Assembly: GCF_036321535.1 (NCBI RefSeq)
Contig: NC_087436.1
Coordinates: 96,722,001 to 96,786,000, forward strand
Length of the DNA stretch: 64,000 nt
Source of the DNA: Camelus dromedarius
Lineage: Eukaryota
Direction: 5' to 3'
Shown here in pieces: positions 1-11,880 of this stretch. The position numbers were made by a program, and so were the translations under genes. Positions within the stretch are counted from its first letter, which is position 1. Each line of letters begins with the position of its first letter. Under the pieces are notes generated by a model. It was given only the letters and a program-made list of their open reading frames with translations. It made no database searches and was not told the DNA's origin.

Positions 1-984
1 AAAACTATTTCCTGAGTGGGAGCAAAATAAATAGGTAATTACAGAGTCGATGATATATGTGTTAAGGTTGAAGGGGTGTTTCTTTGTTTTGAAATCCTAG
101 TTTTTCTCACTCCAGTGGTCTCTGAAATATAGGTTTCTGTTTCATTTGAAATCAGCCAATGTTGCCTTTTCTCCTGAGTCCCAAAAGAAGAATAAAATTG
201 TTTACTTAAATAAAATGAAACACATACGAATTTTACCACTACATACCAGATTTTAATAATTGGAATTTATCCTTAAGGTTTTTTTTTAAGAAATATAAAC
301 TTTAATGATTAAAATAACTGATATTTCTCTTAAAAAATTAGAGGAATGACAATACATATATCAACCAAGGAATATTTAGAGAAGTAACTCTTACACAAGC
401 CGCGTGAAGGATTCAAATTCACGGTCTTTCAATAACCCTAATTAAGGCATTCCTGTGCTACAAATACTTTGTTTTTTTTCCATGTGTCACTTAGAATTAC
501 CACAATGCCCTCCCTTAAGCTACTGTCATTTAAGCATATCTTTTGAAAGACAGATACAGACTGAAATGCTAATAAAATTCCTCTAATATGAAGCCTTCCT
601 CTGTAACTAACGAGAAACTACAGGACAAAGTAAAACAATCAGGTTGGATTTCCAATCCTTCCAAATCTGGCTACAGCCTTTCCTTCTATATATATGTCCC
701 ATTATTCCCTTTTACAATGTTCTAGTCCAAATAAAATTGTCTATTCCATCTGTCTACTTTTGTGAAGAATGTCATAGTAACTGGTAAAGCTCTTGTCTCT
801 TTTATCTCTTTTTTCTCTATTTTATCAATTTATTGTCTCTTTATCAATTCTTATCTACCTCATCTACCTCATCACCAGTCATGTGATGCTTAGGATGATT
901 AGTTAAGAGTAGGGACTCTCCATTGATATTCTTAAACAGGCTTTCCCAGTTGTTAGGGTGTAGCTTTAGGCATATTGTTTAACC

Positions 985-1312
985 TTGTGGTAGACTATAA
1001 ATCTCTCTACCTGTAACAGTGTGACTTTGTCCTGTTTTTCCTGTAGGTGGAGTGTATTTCTCTGCCCATGTCAAAACTGACCATGAGATTTGCTCTTCCA
1101 GTAGCATAAACGTTCAAGCAGAATCTTTAAAAGCAATTGAGTGGTTCACGTTCCTCTCTCTCTCTCTTTTTTGTCTCTCTGAGCTTCAGCCTTTTATTAG
1201 GAGAAAACACATGGAGTAGAGCTGTAGCAGCATTTGTAAAAAAATGCCTTGTTGTTTATTATTGAAAACTACCAGTTCAGGGGTTGTTACCATAGCAAAG
1301 CTAACCAATTCA
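985..1312 (+). mobile_element. MaLR LTR relic (MLT1H/I/J-like)
   Basis: Contains 'gtgtgactttg...gtggagtgtatttctctgccc' and an MLT1-type end 'ggttgttaccatagcaaagctaaccaattca'; recognised from memory. Confidence 0.6.
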
Positions 1313-1337
1313 AATTTTATTTGAAAAATGTCAAGAC

Positions 1338-1437
1338 AACAACAGTACCTACCTCTTAAGTTTGTGAAGATTAAATGAGAGATTTCACATATTGTATTCA
1401 GGTTATTGCTTGGCATACAGCAGCCTCCTAAATAAAG
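1338..1437 (+). mobile_element. MIR SINE 3' fragment
   Basis: 'acagtacctacctc...gtgaagattaaatgaga...cttggcatacag' matches the MIR core and tail. Confidence 0.65.
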
Positions 1438-1597
1438 ATGACAATCGAAGTTAATATCATTATCAGAGTAAAACTCTTTTCTCCACAATTAGATACTAAG
1501 TATTTTGAGAATAAAAGTGATGACTTCACCTTAATGTAGGTGAGGAAATGGAGGGAAAAAGAGAGCACACATTTTTTGTATCCTTACTTTATTCTTG

Positions 1598-1790
1598 GCC
1601 AGGCTTTCTATATACTTTAAATCATTTCATCCCACAACACTGAGTGGTAAATACTATTATAACCTTTAGAAAATGATAAAATTGAGCCTCAGAAACTTAA
1701 GAAAGTTTCTCTAAGTTATATAGATGACTAAGTAAGTGGTGGACTCAAGATTTGGACCTGGTTCCTAAATTTATGTTTTCCCATCATACA
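1598..1790 (-). mobile_element. MIR SINE
   Basis: Antisense MIR core 'aatgataaaattgagcctcagaaacttaag...ggactcaagatttggacctgg'. Confidence 0.65.
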
Positions 1791-2539
1791 AAGCTGTCCA
1801 TGCAATAGATTATGCATGGTAAATTCTTACAGGATTATTCCTTAAGGTAGTCAAAGGGCTCCACTAACACAACTGCCAGAGCATCTCATAACTCATCTGG
1901 GTTATAATGCTGCAGCTTTTAGCTCAGGTAAGTCCTTATAGGAGGCTTTGTTAGACGAGGGAGGCTGAGGGTAATAAATGAGAACTGAGTTTATATCAAA
2001 ATGTATGCACTTTGCTCTACAGTCACATTGTATATTGCATAATCCCAAAGAGAGATAAGGAGGACTGGCCCAAGTAAGCTGGTCACCAACATATTCAGAT
2101 TAACCTGTGCACATAAATATTCTGACCTTTTGTACATAAATACAGACACAGAAGGACCACTGAGCAACCAGCAGTTCTGAGGTCACCCTTAACTCACAAA
2201 TATGTGTGTCCACTGGTATGTGGCTCTTTTGGGGGAACCTGAATGCTTATACTCAATTTGGCAATAGAAAAAATCTATCATATATCATGATGGTGCTGAC
2301 TTCCCTCCATTACATTTAAGTAACTAAGCCTTGATACATTTATCCAGCTGGAATCTATGTCTAGTCTTGTCTTCACTCCGAATTTACCACTCACATTTGT
2401 CAGTATGGTGTTTGTGAAATCTTTGATGAAGAAGTACTGACTGATTGACGCTAAAGTTTGAAATAAGCCTGGCAAAGAATAAGAAATCTTTCCATTATCA
2501 TTATTCCATGTGTATTTCATTTTAAAATGAAGATTTGCT

Positions 2540-2683
2540 GGGGAGTGGGTAGGGTATAGCTCAAGTGGTAGAGAGCATGCTTAGCAGGCACAAGGTCCAG
2601 GGTTCAATCCCCAGTACCGCCTCCAAAAATAAACCTAATTACCTTCCCCCGCCAAAAGAAAATAATTAAATAATACAATAAAT
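2540..2683 (+). mobile_element. tRNA(Ala)-derived camelid SINE (Vic-1-like)
   Basis: A box 'tagctcaagtgg', B box 'ggttcaatccc', 'aataaacctaattacc' body and A-rich tail; TSD TGAAGATTTG at 2528-2537 and 2684-2693. Confidence 0.88.
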
Positions 2684-3825
2684 TGAAGATTTGTTTACAA
2701 CTTTAGTCATTGAATTTCCTACAACATGAAGGGTTATGTAAAAACACATATCTATTCTCTTATATAACTAATTAAATAGTTGAAGAACCTCTTTGCAATA
2801 TTCCTAATTGTAAATACATTTAAACACTTCATAATTATACTTTAAAGAAGAAATTGCTTGCCTTGTTGAAAATGGATTATTTTTATATTCCAAATTTCAA
2901 ACCTAGCAAGCCTCAATGAGCTAGTTTTCCAGGATATAATATAGGATAGGACGTGAAATAGGATATGGTATAGAAGTGATGAATAAAAAGATTTCTACAT
3001 TTGAAGGAATAAATGAGGCTATTTATTGATGGAATAAAATGATATAGGAGAAAATTTCTCATATGGGCATTGCTTATGATATGTCGAGCATCACCAAATT
3101 CATTTGTGATTTATGATGACAGTTTCCAAAAACAAGCTCTAGGTCTTGAGAATAATGGCCCATGTTCAGGTGCCATTCTCTTGAATTTCTTTGGAAAATC
3201 ACTTTAAAGCAGTAAAGCTTCTTCACCCTTTACCCAATTTCACTTTTATTGGAAAACAAAACACGAACAATAAAATAAGAATGCTCTATTTTCTTTCACA
3301 ACTGCCCTGTCCTTTGCAACACTGAATGTGAATACTAAAAGCACTCCTACTGGTTTTTAAGCCATTCCTATCCTCAGTTTTAGGAGTGCAAAGCTACCCT
3401 TCTTTACGGAGAATATAGTGTGACTCAGTTGTAGATGACCTATTTCACAGATGTGGAAGAGAGATTCTCTTTTCCAGCTGTGATTATCTGGTAGCCCGGG
3501 GACGTCTACTCTGGTGTGACTGCTTTGTCCACGTTGCTTCCTTCTCTTCTCTCATTATCTCGTTGCTCTTGGCCTTAACAGGAGAGTAGCAGCAGACAAA
3601 AGACCCACATGTCCATTAACCCTCATGTCTGACTTCATTAAGTTCCTTGCTCGGTGGGCCACAATTAACTCAGCCACATTACGGTGTATCATAACACTTT
3701 TGAGAGCTATAAAAGCACTTTTTCCCCCAAAGATCTTTATTCTCTTGTTAATGAGACTGTAAAAGGTCTTGCTTTCAGGCTGAAGTTCCTGATGCTACTG
3801 ATCTCACTTCAGGGGTTGTTGTGGG

Positions 3826-3850
3826 GTGTGTGTGTGTGTGTGTGTGTGTG
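3826..3850. repeat. (GT)n microsatellite
   Basis: Perfect GT run read directly. Confidence 0.95.
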
Positions 3851-4151
3851 CATGAGTGCATGTGCATTTGCATTGTGTAGTGTGTGTGCAAGTGCATACA
3901 TTTATGGGTGAAATTTGTAAGGCAGGAAATATTTCACTATTTTTGTGTTATGAAGACTATCTTAAGGAAAAACTGCTACTGTAAAAAAGTATTTAAACAT
4001 AGTTTAACATTTAAAAATGTGTTGAGATATTTCTTTAGTGAAAGTTTAAGAAGAAGAGATACTGATTTTTAAAAACTTTTTGGGGAAACTAGGCACTCCC
4101 TGTAATTAGAGTGATGGGTATTTAAGTAACATTTCAGAATGCTCACAGCTC

Positions 4152-4764
4152 TGTTAGTGAATGGGGAAGCCCCCTAAAAGGGAGGAATCCCCCTAAAAGA
4201 AGGAAAACGCTAAAGAGGGGGTTCTTGTTTTCCTGTGGTGAAAGAATTCACACGGCAGACGAAGGGGAAGAGTGAAAGCAGCTTTATTGCTCAAAACAGG
4301 AAAAGAGAAAAAGACACTCGAATAGAAAGACATGTGAGTGGGGGAGCTTGTAAGCCCAGGTGGCTTCATGTAAGAACTTCTACTTTTAGGGTCTTGACTA
4401 GGTCTTTTTACCTGTCTTCTTTGTGGCTTCTTGTCTCCTCCCATTGACTGCTCTTTTCCTGCTTGCTGTCCAGTTTGTTCTGCTCTGTGGAACAAATACT
4501 CTGCAAAAACAGAATCAGGTAACCAGGGACCCTCAAACAATGTAGTCAAGCTAGGTTGAGCAAGCGAGTCAAACAAGTGGGCTCCTTAAACAACATGGAA
4601 ATAGAAATCACATCATGTCAGGGCTTTGTGTTCTGCGAGGGAGCTTTTTCCACTACTCAAGCAGAATTTTCACCTAAGGCCAACTTTAGGTTAATTTTAA
4701 ACCTTTAAAGAAGTCTCTAGGCAACAGGTTCTAGTTTCAGTTCCCTAGCTCCCTGCCTCCTTCA
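4152..4764 (-). mobile_element. ERV solo LTR (class I/ERV1-like), 613 bp
   Basis: TG...CA termini; 4-bp TSD GCTC at 4148-4151 and 4765-4768; minus-strand AATAAA at 4283-4288. Confidence 0.85.
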
Positions 4765-5199
4765 GCTCCTAAAATGTGCATTCTTTATTCAAGTAATGTG
4801 GTAAACTAATATGAATGTCTACTCTAACAAAAAGACAAAAGATGTGTTTTATTTGTAAATAGTGCAGATATATTGTCTATGTGTCTATAAATGTAAGATA
4901 AATACATCTGTCTATCATCTGTGAATTTTTATTTCTATCTGCATGAGAGATTTCTACCTTTCCTATGAACTACACAGTTATTTTTAGGCAAAGAACTATG
5001 AAATCTTATATTGAAGGCCAATGTATAAATCACAGATCCACTTGTAGCTTTTCTAGTTGAAGCAGTGAATAGAAAATTTATTGGAAATCTTTACCCTGAT
5101 GGCACAGAGGCAGCTCCATCTTAACATATTCATAACATGTCATTGTTTCACTCTCCTCCCTCATATAACCATCTTTTACTTGATTTATGGCATTACCCT

Positions 5200-5360
5200 C
5201 ATCCCCACTCCCTAAGCTGAAAACCTCAGGGTCATTTTCCATTCCTTCATCTCCCTCTCCTGCCAGAATCCATCAGTCACCCAGTCCTGTTATTTGATTT
5301 CTTCAAAAACTCAAAAATCATTCTTCTCTTCTCCATGCTAAATAAAGCTGTCTTAGTTTG
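5200..5360 (+). mobile_element. L2 fragment
   Basis: 'aaacctcagggtcattttccattcctt...atccatcagtcacccagtcctg' is typical L2 sequence. Confidence 0.6.
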
Positions 5361-5365
5361 GTCTT

Positions 5366-5700
5366 TGTGTTAGTTAGGATACTAGATAAGCTTTGGTAAA
5401 ATAAGACCCCCAAATGGCAGGAAGGCTGCTGGTCAAAGTGGGTAAGTGACTCTGCTTCCTGAGGTCATTCAAGGACCTGATTGCTTCTCTGTTGTTGCAT
5501 TTTCACCATCCAGGTAATCAGAGAAGGCTTATCCATGATTCCAAGTTCTAGCCTGTAGAAGGAGAAAAGAGATGGAGAGACTTGGATGCTTGCAGATCAC
5601 TTCTGTTGACATATTTTGGGCAGAACTTGGTAGCCTGCCTCCAACTACATATGGGGTATGATGGTACATGCGAATCCTAGATGGGAGGCCATGGCCCCAA
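5366..5700 (-). mobile_element. MaLR LTR relic (MLT1J/K-like)
   Basis: Starts 'tgtgttagttaggata'; contains 'gtcattcaaggacctg' and 'atcacttctgttgacatattttggg'. Confidence 0.55.
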
Positions 5701-5705
5701 GCATT

Positions 5706-5990
5706 TATTCATTCAGCATGGTTTTATTGAGCACTGTTTTGTGTCAGATTCTGTTCTGGATGTTGGGGATCCAACAATAAACAAAATAGAGTCTTGTCTG
5801 TCATGATACTTATATTCTGCTGGGGGAAGGCCAGTAATACACAAATAAATGAAAAAATTTATTTACCATGTTGAGTATTATAAATGCTATAAAGAAACAT
5901 AAATAAGGCAAGGGGACAGAGAATAACAAGATGCTTCATTAGATAAGATAACCAGAAAAGACCTATCTGATGAGGTACCATTTGATGAAG
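5706..5990 (-). mobile_element. L2 3' end
   Basis: 'attcattcagc...ttattgagcactgttttgtgtcag...ctggatgttggggat' is an antisense L2 tail. Confidence 0.75.
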
Positions 5991-7101
5991 AAGCTCTAGC
6001 ATGTAAGATCTTCAAATCATTGCTAGTCAGCTGATTACTGCTAAGCCAAATTTGGTGTATTAGAACTCATTCATATGGGTCAATAATGTGGTAGCCAACT
6101 GTACAGGAGTCTGTGATCTTATCCACTACCCCCTTATACCTTTTTTGTTACTCATAAGAATTCCAGGGTAGAGACATTAAAGCATAAAGAGTAGAATTAA
6201 AAGTGTCCTGACTAGAGTGTTGAAACTGACCATAAAGATGTAAGGACATTCTGAATATATACAATTACATTTTGGACACAATAATTTTCAGAATTCCTTG
6301 AGCATATGGATTTATAACTGGATTCTGTTGGATAAAATGCAAAGAGAAAAAGTACCTTTCTTTGAAGTATAGGCAAATGTCCACAGATCTGGTAAATATC
6401 CCATGTGTTGCCAAGCTCAGGACTCCCCCAGGGGAAGGCTGATTGAGAAAATGACATGTTTACTCACTTGCTAGTCTTATATGTCACCACACCCTATCTT
6501 GAGACAGTAGGAGGTGAGACAGATTCCAGTGTAAACACTGTTATTGAATACAGTAATCCTTCCCAATGGCAAGGGGTGTGTTTTCTGAAGCAGTAGGCAC
6601 AGAGCTGTGATGTGAAAGTTTTGGGCTTGACTTCCCAATGATTTCCGTGTGAGATAAATAACCAGATAGAGTTTTCAGTAGGATGAAATATAGAAAGTTG
6701 ATGCTGTGTGACAGGTTCATAACTTTATTTTTGCATTGCTGGGCTCCTATTTTCCATCCTACAATCTCCAGGTTAGGGTTAGAGCAGTATCTCATAGGAC
6801 AATCCACCTGCACCATGTGTCTTTCCACCTCACCACCACCCTACTCTGCCTGAATACTTCACTCTTCAGTTGCTTCAGGAATTAAACAGGGGTTAGATTA
6901 GCTATGTAGAACAGACTAACTAAATGGTGACAAAATAAATAAATAAGTGGAGGAAAGAAAAAACATAAATGCATTTTTCTTCATTATCTGCAGAAGTCAA
7001 AAACAAGAATCAAATTTTGTTAAACATAATTGGAAAACTCATTTAGTTTTCTATATATTACATTGTCAAGATGGTACATTTTTTTCTTTTATATCAGATT
7101 A

Positions 7102-7236
7102 CAGTGGCTCCTTGGCATCCTCAGGGGAATGGTTCCAGGACCCCTGTGGATACCAAAATCCGTAGATGCTCAAGTCCCTTACAGCCGGCCATTTGTATCC
7201 ATGGGTTCTGCAGCCACGGCTATGAGTTGCCCACTG
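7102..7236. mobile_element. TcMar-Tigger non-autonomous element (MER2/MER8-like)
   Basis: CAGTGG...CCACTG inverted termini after TA; internal 'ggttccaggacccc...ggataccaaaatcc...gatgctcaagtccc'. Confidence 0.75.
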
Positions 7237-8099
7237 CACATATAATTACAATCAATTTATTCAGAAGTATACTTTCTTTTTATAGATACTTAGGAATAAA
7301 AGGCCACATGTAGAAAAAGCTTCTTTTAACATATTTGCACTATCCTCAAGAAAGTAGTGACTAAAACCAAAAGAAGCTGATCAAAGAGGATAAAAATAAT
7401 AAATTTTCCAAAAATCTTATAATCCATTTAAAAATATAAACTCATCCCTGGCTTCTTCTCCTGAAATTTGGTTGAAGATTTGGTCTTAGCAGCCTAGATA
7501 GTTGTCTTTCAGTTCCATTCACTCTTCTCAGTGACAATTGAGTTCATGGCTGTTTATTTACTCCACCTACATTGAAAAAAAATCACATATCAGTCTAAGC
7601 ACTGAGCATTGAGAAAATTGAGTGCACTGTTCTTACCATATTTCTTGTAAAAATGACTATCTTGAAATCCTACATGAGAGAACATGCTTTTGTTCATATA
7701 GCTTTGACTTTGGCACAGTCTTGGACATATACATGTCACCAAAGAAGTACTGAAGGATCCTTGAATAGCTAGGAGTCATCTGTAGTCTGAAAAGTTCCTG
7801 CTAGGTTCAGAAATTCAGGGTTTGGGAAATTGTGAAGAATCAGCTTACCTGACCTGAACTCAAGATTTCAGTGCTTTTGATTCTGTTTGACCAGAAGCCA
7901 GACACATCTCACTGGTAAATATCTGGCTACTTTTCCTGTTGTTCTCACCTTCAGCTTAAAGAAGTCCACATGTAATATAGAAGCACATTATGAGATGTTC
8001 AAAGGATAAAACACATGTTGCAGTAAATCTGAATGTACATTTAAAAGAAATCACCCATCCATATTTTTAAAATATTCCCTATAAACATATAACTTAAGA

Positions 8100-8290
8100 T
8101 TCATTCATTCTCTCAAAAAAGTTTTAAGGAGTACCCACCTAGTCCCTGTATTGCATGATGGGAGTTCAATAGTAAGTACAACAGACACGACCCATATACT
8201 GAGGGAGTCATACTGATGGAGGGCTGGGCAAACTAGTGGCTAAAATACACCAGCTATGATGTGGAGTAGTAAGTGCTAACTACTAGTAGC
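8100..8290 (-). mobile_element. L2 3' fragment
   Basis: 'tcattcattc' tail followed by degenerate antisense L2 body. Confidence 0.5.
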
Positions 8291-8571
8291 AATAGAGATC
8301 GAAAGAGAAAAGGGACATAGTTGAACACTTTCCATGGAGCCAGATTAAAAAGCATAATGGACAAAAATAAATTTATACTTTATTCTACGCTTGTATAGTC
8401 CTGATGTCTCCAAAGTACAATGAGAGATGATTCATTAGCATGTTCAGGATGAGATTACTGGAACTTCTATATGTAAAGATAAGAAAGAAACTCAGATTTT
8501 TCTAATATTTAATACAAATTGACAACAGCACATTGTATATAAATTATAAGTGAACAAACAAACAAACTGGG

Positions 8572-8757
8572 TGTAATGCACTAAATGTTTATGTCCCTCC
8601 CCCTCCTTCCCACAAATTCGTATGTTGAAATCCTAACCACCAAGGTGATGGTATTGAGGTAAGTCCTTTGGGAGGTGATTAGTGCTCTGATAAAAGAGTT
8701 CCCAGAGAGATCTCTTACTCCTTCTATCATGTGAAGACACTATGAAAAAAATGTGAT
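8572..8757 (+). mobile_element. MLT1A-type MaLR LTR, 5' half (split by an L1)
   Basis: 'aaatgtttatgtccc...aaattcgtatgttgaaatcctaacc...gtgatggtatt'; continues at about 9975. Confidence 0.8.
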
Positions 8758-9973
8758 CTACAATTTATGTCAGAGTGTTCCATCTATGTTGTCTTCTAGT
8801 AGTTTTGTGGTTTCAGTTCATATGTTTAGGTCTTTAAATCATAGCAGTATTTTTTTGAATCTGTTTTCTAATGCAAAAGAAATAAAAGCAAAAATAAACA
8901 AATGAAACCTAATTAAACTTAAAAGCTTTGGCACAGCAAAGGAAACCTCTGACAAAACAAAAATACAGCCTACGGAATGGGAGAGAATATTTGCTTGATA
9001 TGACCAATGATGGGTTAATATCAAAAATATATAAACAACTCATACAACTCAATTTGAAAAATAAGAAACCAAATAAAATATAAATGGGCAGAAGACCTAA
9101 ATAGACATTTTTCCAAAGAAGACATATTGATGGCAAATAGTCACATGAAAAGATGATCAACATCACTAATTATTGGAGAAATGCAAATTAAAATAGTAGT
9201 GGGATATCACCTCAAACCTGCCAATATGTCTGTTATAAAAAGGCTACAAATAACAGATGTTGGAGAGGATGTGGAGAAAAGGGAACCCTTGTACACTGTT
9301 GGTAGGGATGTAAATTGGTGCGGCCACTATGAAAAACAGTTTGGAAGATCCTCAGAAAACTAAAAATAAAGCTACTATATGATCCAGCTTTTCCACTCCA
9401 GGTATATGTCTGAAAAAAAAATACTAATTTGGAAAGTTACATGCACCCCAATGTTCATAGCAGCATTATTTACAATAGCCAAGATGTAGAAGCAACTTAA
9501 GTGTCCATCAACAGATGAATGGATAAAGAAGATGTGGTGTACATATACAGTGGAGTATTACTCAGCCATAAAAAACAATGAAATGCTGCCATTTGCAGCA
9601 ATATGCATTGACCTAGAGAATACTATGCTTAGTGAAATAAGTTAGATAAAGACAAATACTGTGTAGTATCATTTACATGTGGAATCTAAAAATAATACAA
9701 ATGCATGTATATGCAAAACAGAAACAGACTCAGTTATAGAAAACTAGTGGTTACCAATGGGTTAGGGCAAATTAAGGATATGGGATTAAGAGATACAAAC
9801 TACTATGTATAAAAGCGGTAAACAACCAAAATATATTGTATAGCACAGGGAATTTTAGCCATTATCTTGTAATGACTTTTAATGGCATATAATCTGTAAA
9901 AATACTGAATCACTATGCTATACACTTGAAACTGATATAATATTGTAAATCAGCTATACTTTAATTTAAAAAA
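8758..9973 (+). mobile_element. 5'-truncated artiodactyl-type L1 with 5' inversion (8758-8842 inverted)
   Basis: ORF2 C-terminal remnants (9181-9363 frame ...[15 protein letters not shown]...), L1 3'UTR and A-rich end; the inverted segment is the adjacent upstream ORF2 piece. Confidence 0.9.
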
Positions 9974-9974
9974 T

Positions 9975-10131
9975 ACCATCTGTGAACCAGATAGCCACTC
10001 TCACCAGACACTGAAGTTGCTGGTACCTTAGTCTTGGACTTCCTGGCTCTAGAACTGTAAGAAATAAATTTCTGTTCTTTATAAACTATCCAGTCTGTGG
10101 TATTTGTTAGAGAAGTTCAAACAGACTAAGA
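9975..10131 (+). mobile_element. MLT1A-type MaLR LTR, 3' half
   Basis: 'ctcaccagacac...cttggacttcc...agaactgtaagaaataaatttctg...cagactaaga'. Confidence 0.8.
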
Positions 10132-10754
10132 TTCTGGAGGTAAATACTCTTTAGTTTACTTTTTAACTGATTAAGTGCGCAGTTTAAAATAATGGAAACT
10201 ATTGCTTTAATTAATAACATAAAAGAGGGGACTATGGTTAAAATCTTAGTCTGTAATTTTATAAATTGAACCTAAGTAGTAATTCTGGGATTATATACTC
10301 TACTAGATTAGCCTCTTTTTTAAAAAATTATATGCTGCACAGGGCTGGATACTATTTTACCCAATATACAAAAATTAATTACACTTGTAGTCTGATACTA
10401 GCATTGTTTCACATTTTCAGTAATGTAAACTTACTAACTTATGAGATTTTACACTTCTTCCAAGGAAATGGATAAGAATTATCCAGAGCACTGATACAGA
10501 AATTCATATTTTGAAACATAAATTCACTTTTGAGATACTATTCCAATAATCAAGAAAATTATGAGACAGATTCATAGATGAATTCATGTCTTCATTCATC
10601 TACTATCATGCTTATATTTCCTCAAATATAACATTTCTATTTTTAAAACATTAAAAAAGAGTACAATATATAAAATAATAAAAAACCATGTACACTCTCC
10701 AGAATTAATTCTTCCTAATACTCAGGTATATTTGATTTTTTTCAGTGTCAAATC

Positions 10755-11042
10755 TTTTTTCTTTTTATTGAAGTATGGTGGGTTTACAATGTTGTGTTAA
10801 TTTCTGGTGTATAGCATAGTGATTCAGTTATACATATATACATATCTATATTCCTTTTCATATTCTTTTTCATTATAGGCTATTATAAGATATTGAATAT
10901 AACTCCATGTGATGTAGAATAGGACCATGTGTTTATCTATTTTATATATAGTAGTTAGTATCTGCAAATCCTGAGTTCCCAATTTATCCCTCCACCTCGA
11001 CTTTCTCCCTGGTAAAGATAAGTTTGTTCTCTATGTCTGTGA
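10755..11042 (-). mobile_element. Artiodactyl-type L1 3' end
   Basis: PolyT followed by 'attgaagtat...tttacaatgttgtgttaatttctggtgtatagcatagtgattcag'. Confidence 0.85.
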
Positions 11043-11069
11043 TGATTTGTCTTTCTTAAGTAAAAGAAT

Positions 11070-11880
11070 TAAAGCATTACAAACTAAGATGAAGTCCCTC
11101 TGCCTCTCATCTCAGTGATATTCCTATCCCCTTCCTCCATCTACCCAGAGTCATCCATTGCCAGGGATTTAGTATACATATTGATTTACACTAAATATGT
11201 ATCTCCACCTTGTTTTTAAATGAAAGAAATATATATATACTCACAGGAAATACTGCTTTAAATCGTTTTTGAAAATCTACATGTAACTGAATTATGGTAT
11301 ACATATTCTGCAACTTACTTTGTTCATTCACACCATTGTTTTGACATCTATTAACATAGACATTTAAATAGATCTGGATCAGATGTCTAGTATTTGAAAA
11401 TACTTACATTTATTTTTTCTCTCTGTTGATGAAATTTAGATTATTTACAACTTTAAGTGTTAAAAATAATTCTGCAGTGAACAACTTTTTACATAGCTCC
11501 GGGTAAGTTCCTTCCAGGTTGTTTATCAGCACAATTTCTATGTTGAGGGTACAGATACTGCTTCTTCCAAACTGCTTTGCACAGTGGTCAAGCCCATTTA
11601 TATTCCAGTAGCATTTATGGGAATTCCAGTTTCCCTTCAGTTTTACCAAAACTTGCTATCATATTTTTTTTCTTTTCACCAGTATTATCAGTAAAATGGT
11701 TCTCATTTTTGTTTGCATTTTTGATTGCTGATAAAGTTGAATGTCTTCTCAAATATTCATTAGTCATTCAGGTTTCTTGTCTTTTCTTTTTTTTCCTTTT
11801 TTTTTGTGAACTGTCTGCTTCTTTAGCCATCTTTTACTGAGAGATTGCCATATTGGAATTTAGATCTCTCAGTCTTACAG
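11070..11880 (-). mobile_element. Ancient L1 (L1ME-like) fragment
   Basis: Degenerate antisense 3'UTR/ORF2 ('ttctgcaacttactttgttcattc', 'tctcatttttgtttgcattt'). Confidence 0.65.

Noticed and set aside
2551..2622. tRNA-Ala gene
   Set aside because: SINE body, A-rich tail and TSD are present, so it is a retroposon head and not a tRNA gene.
3450..3575. Purine-rich minus-strand exon-like stretch (GQEQRDNERREGSNVDKAVTPE*)
   Set aside because: Weak acceptor, early stops in all frames and no recognised protein.
4193..4576. 127-aa ORF
   Set aside because: Lies wholly within the solo LTR, has a non-ATG start and resembles no protein I know.
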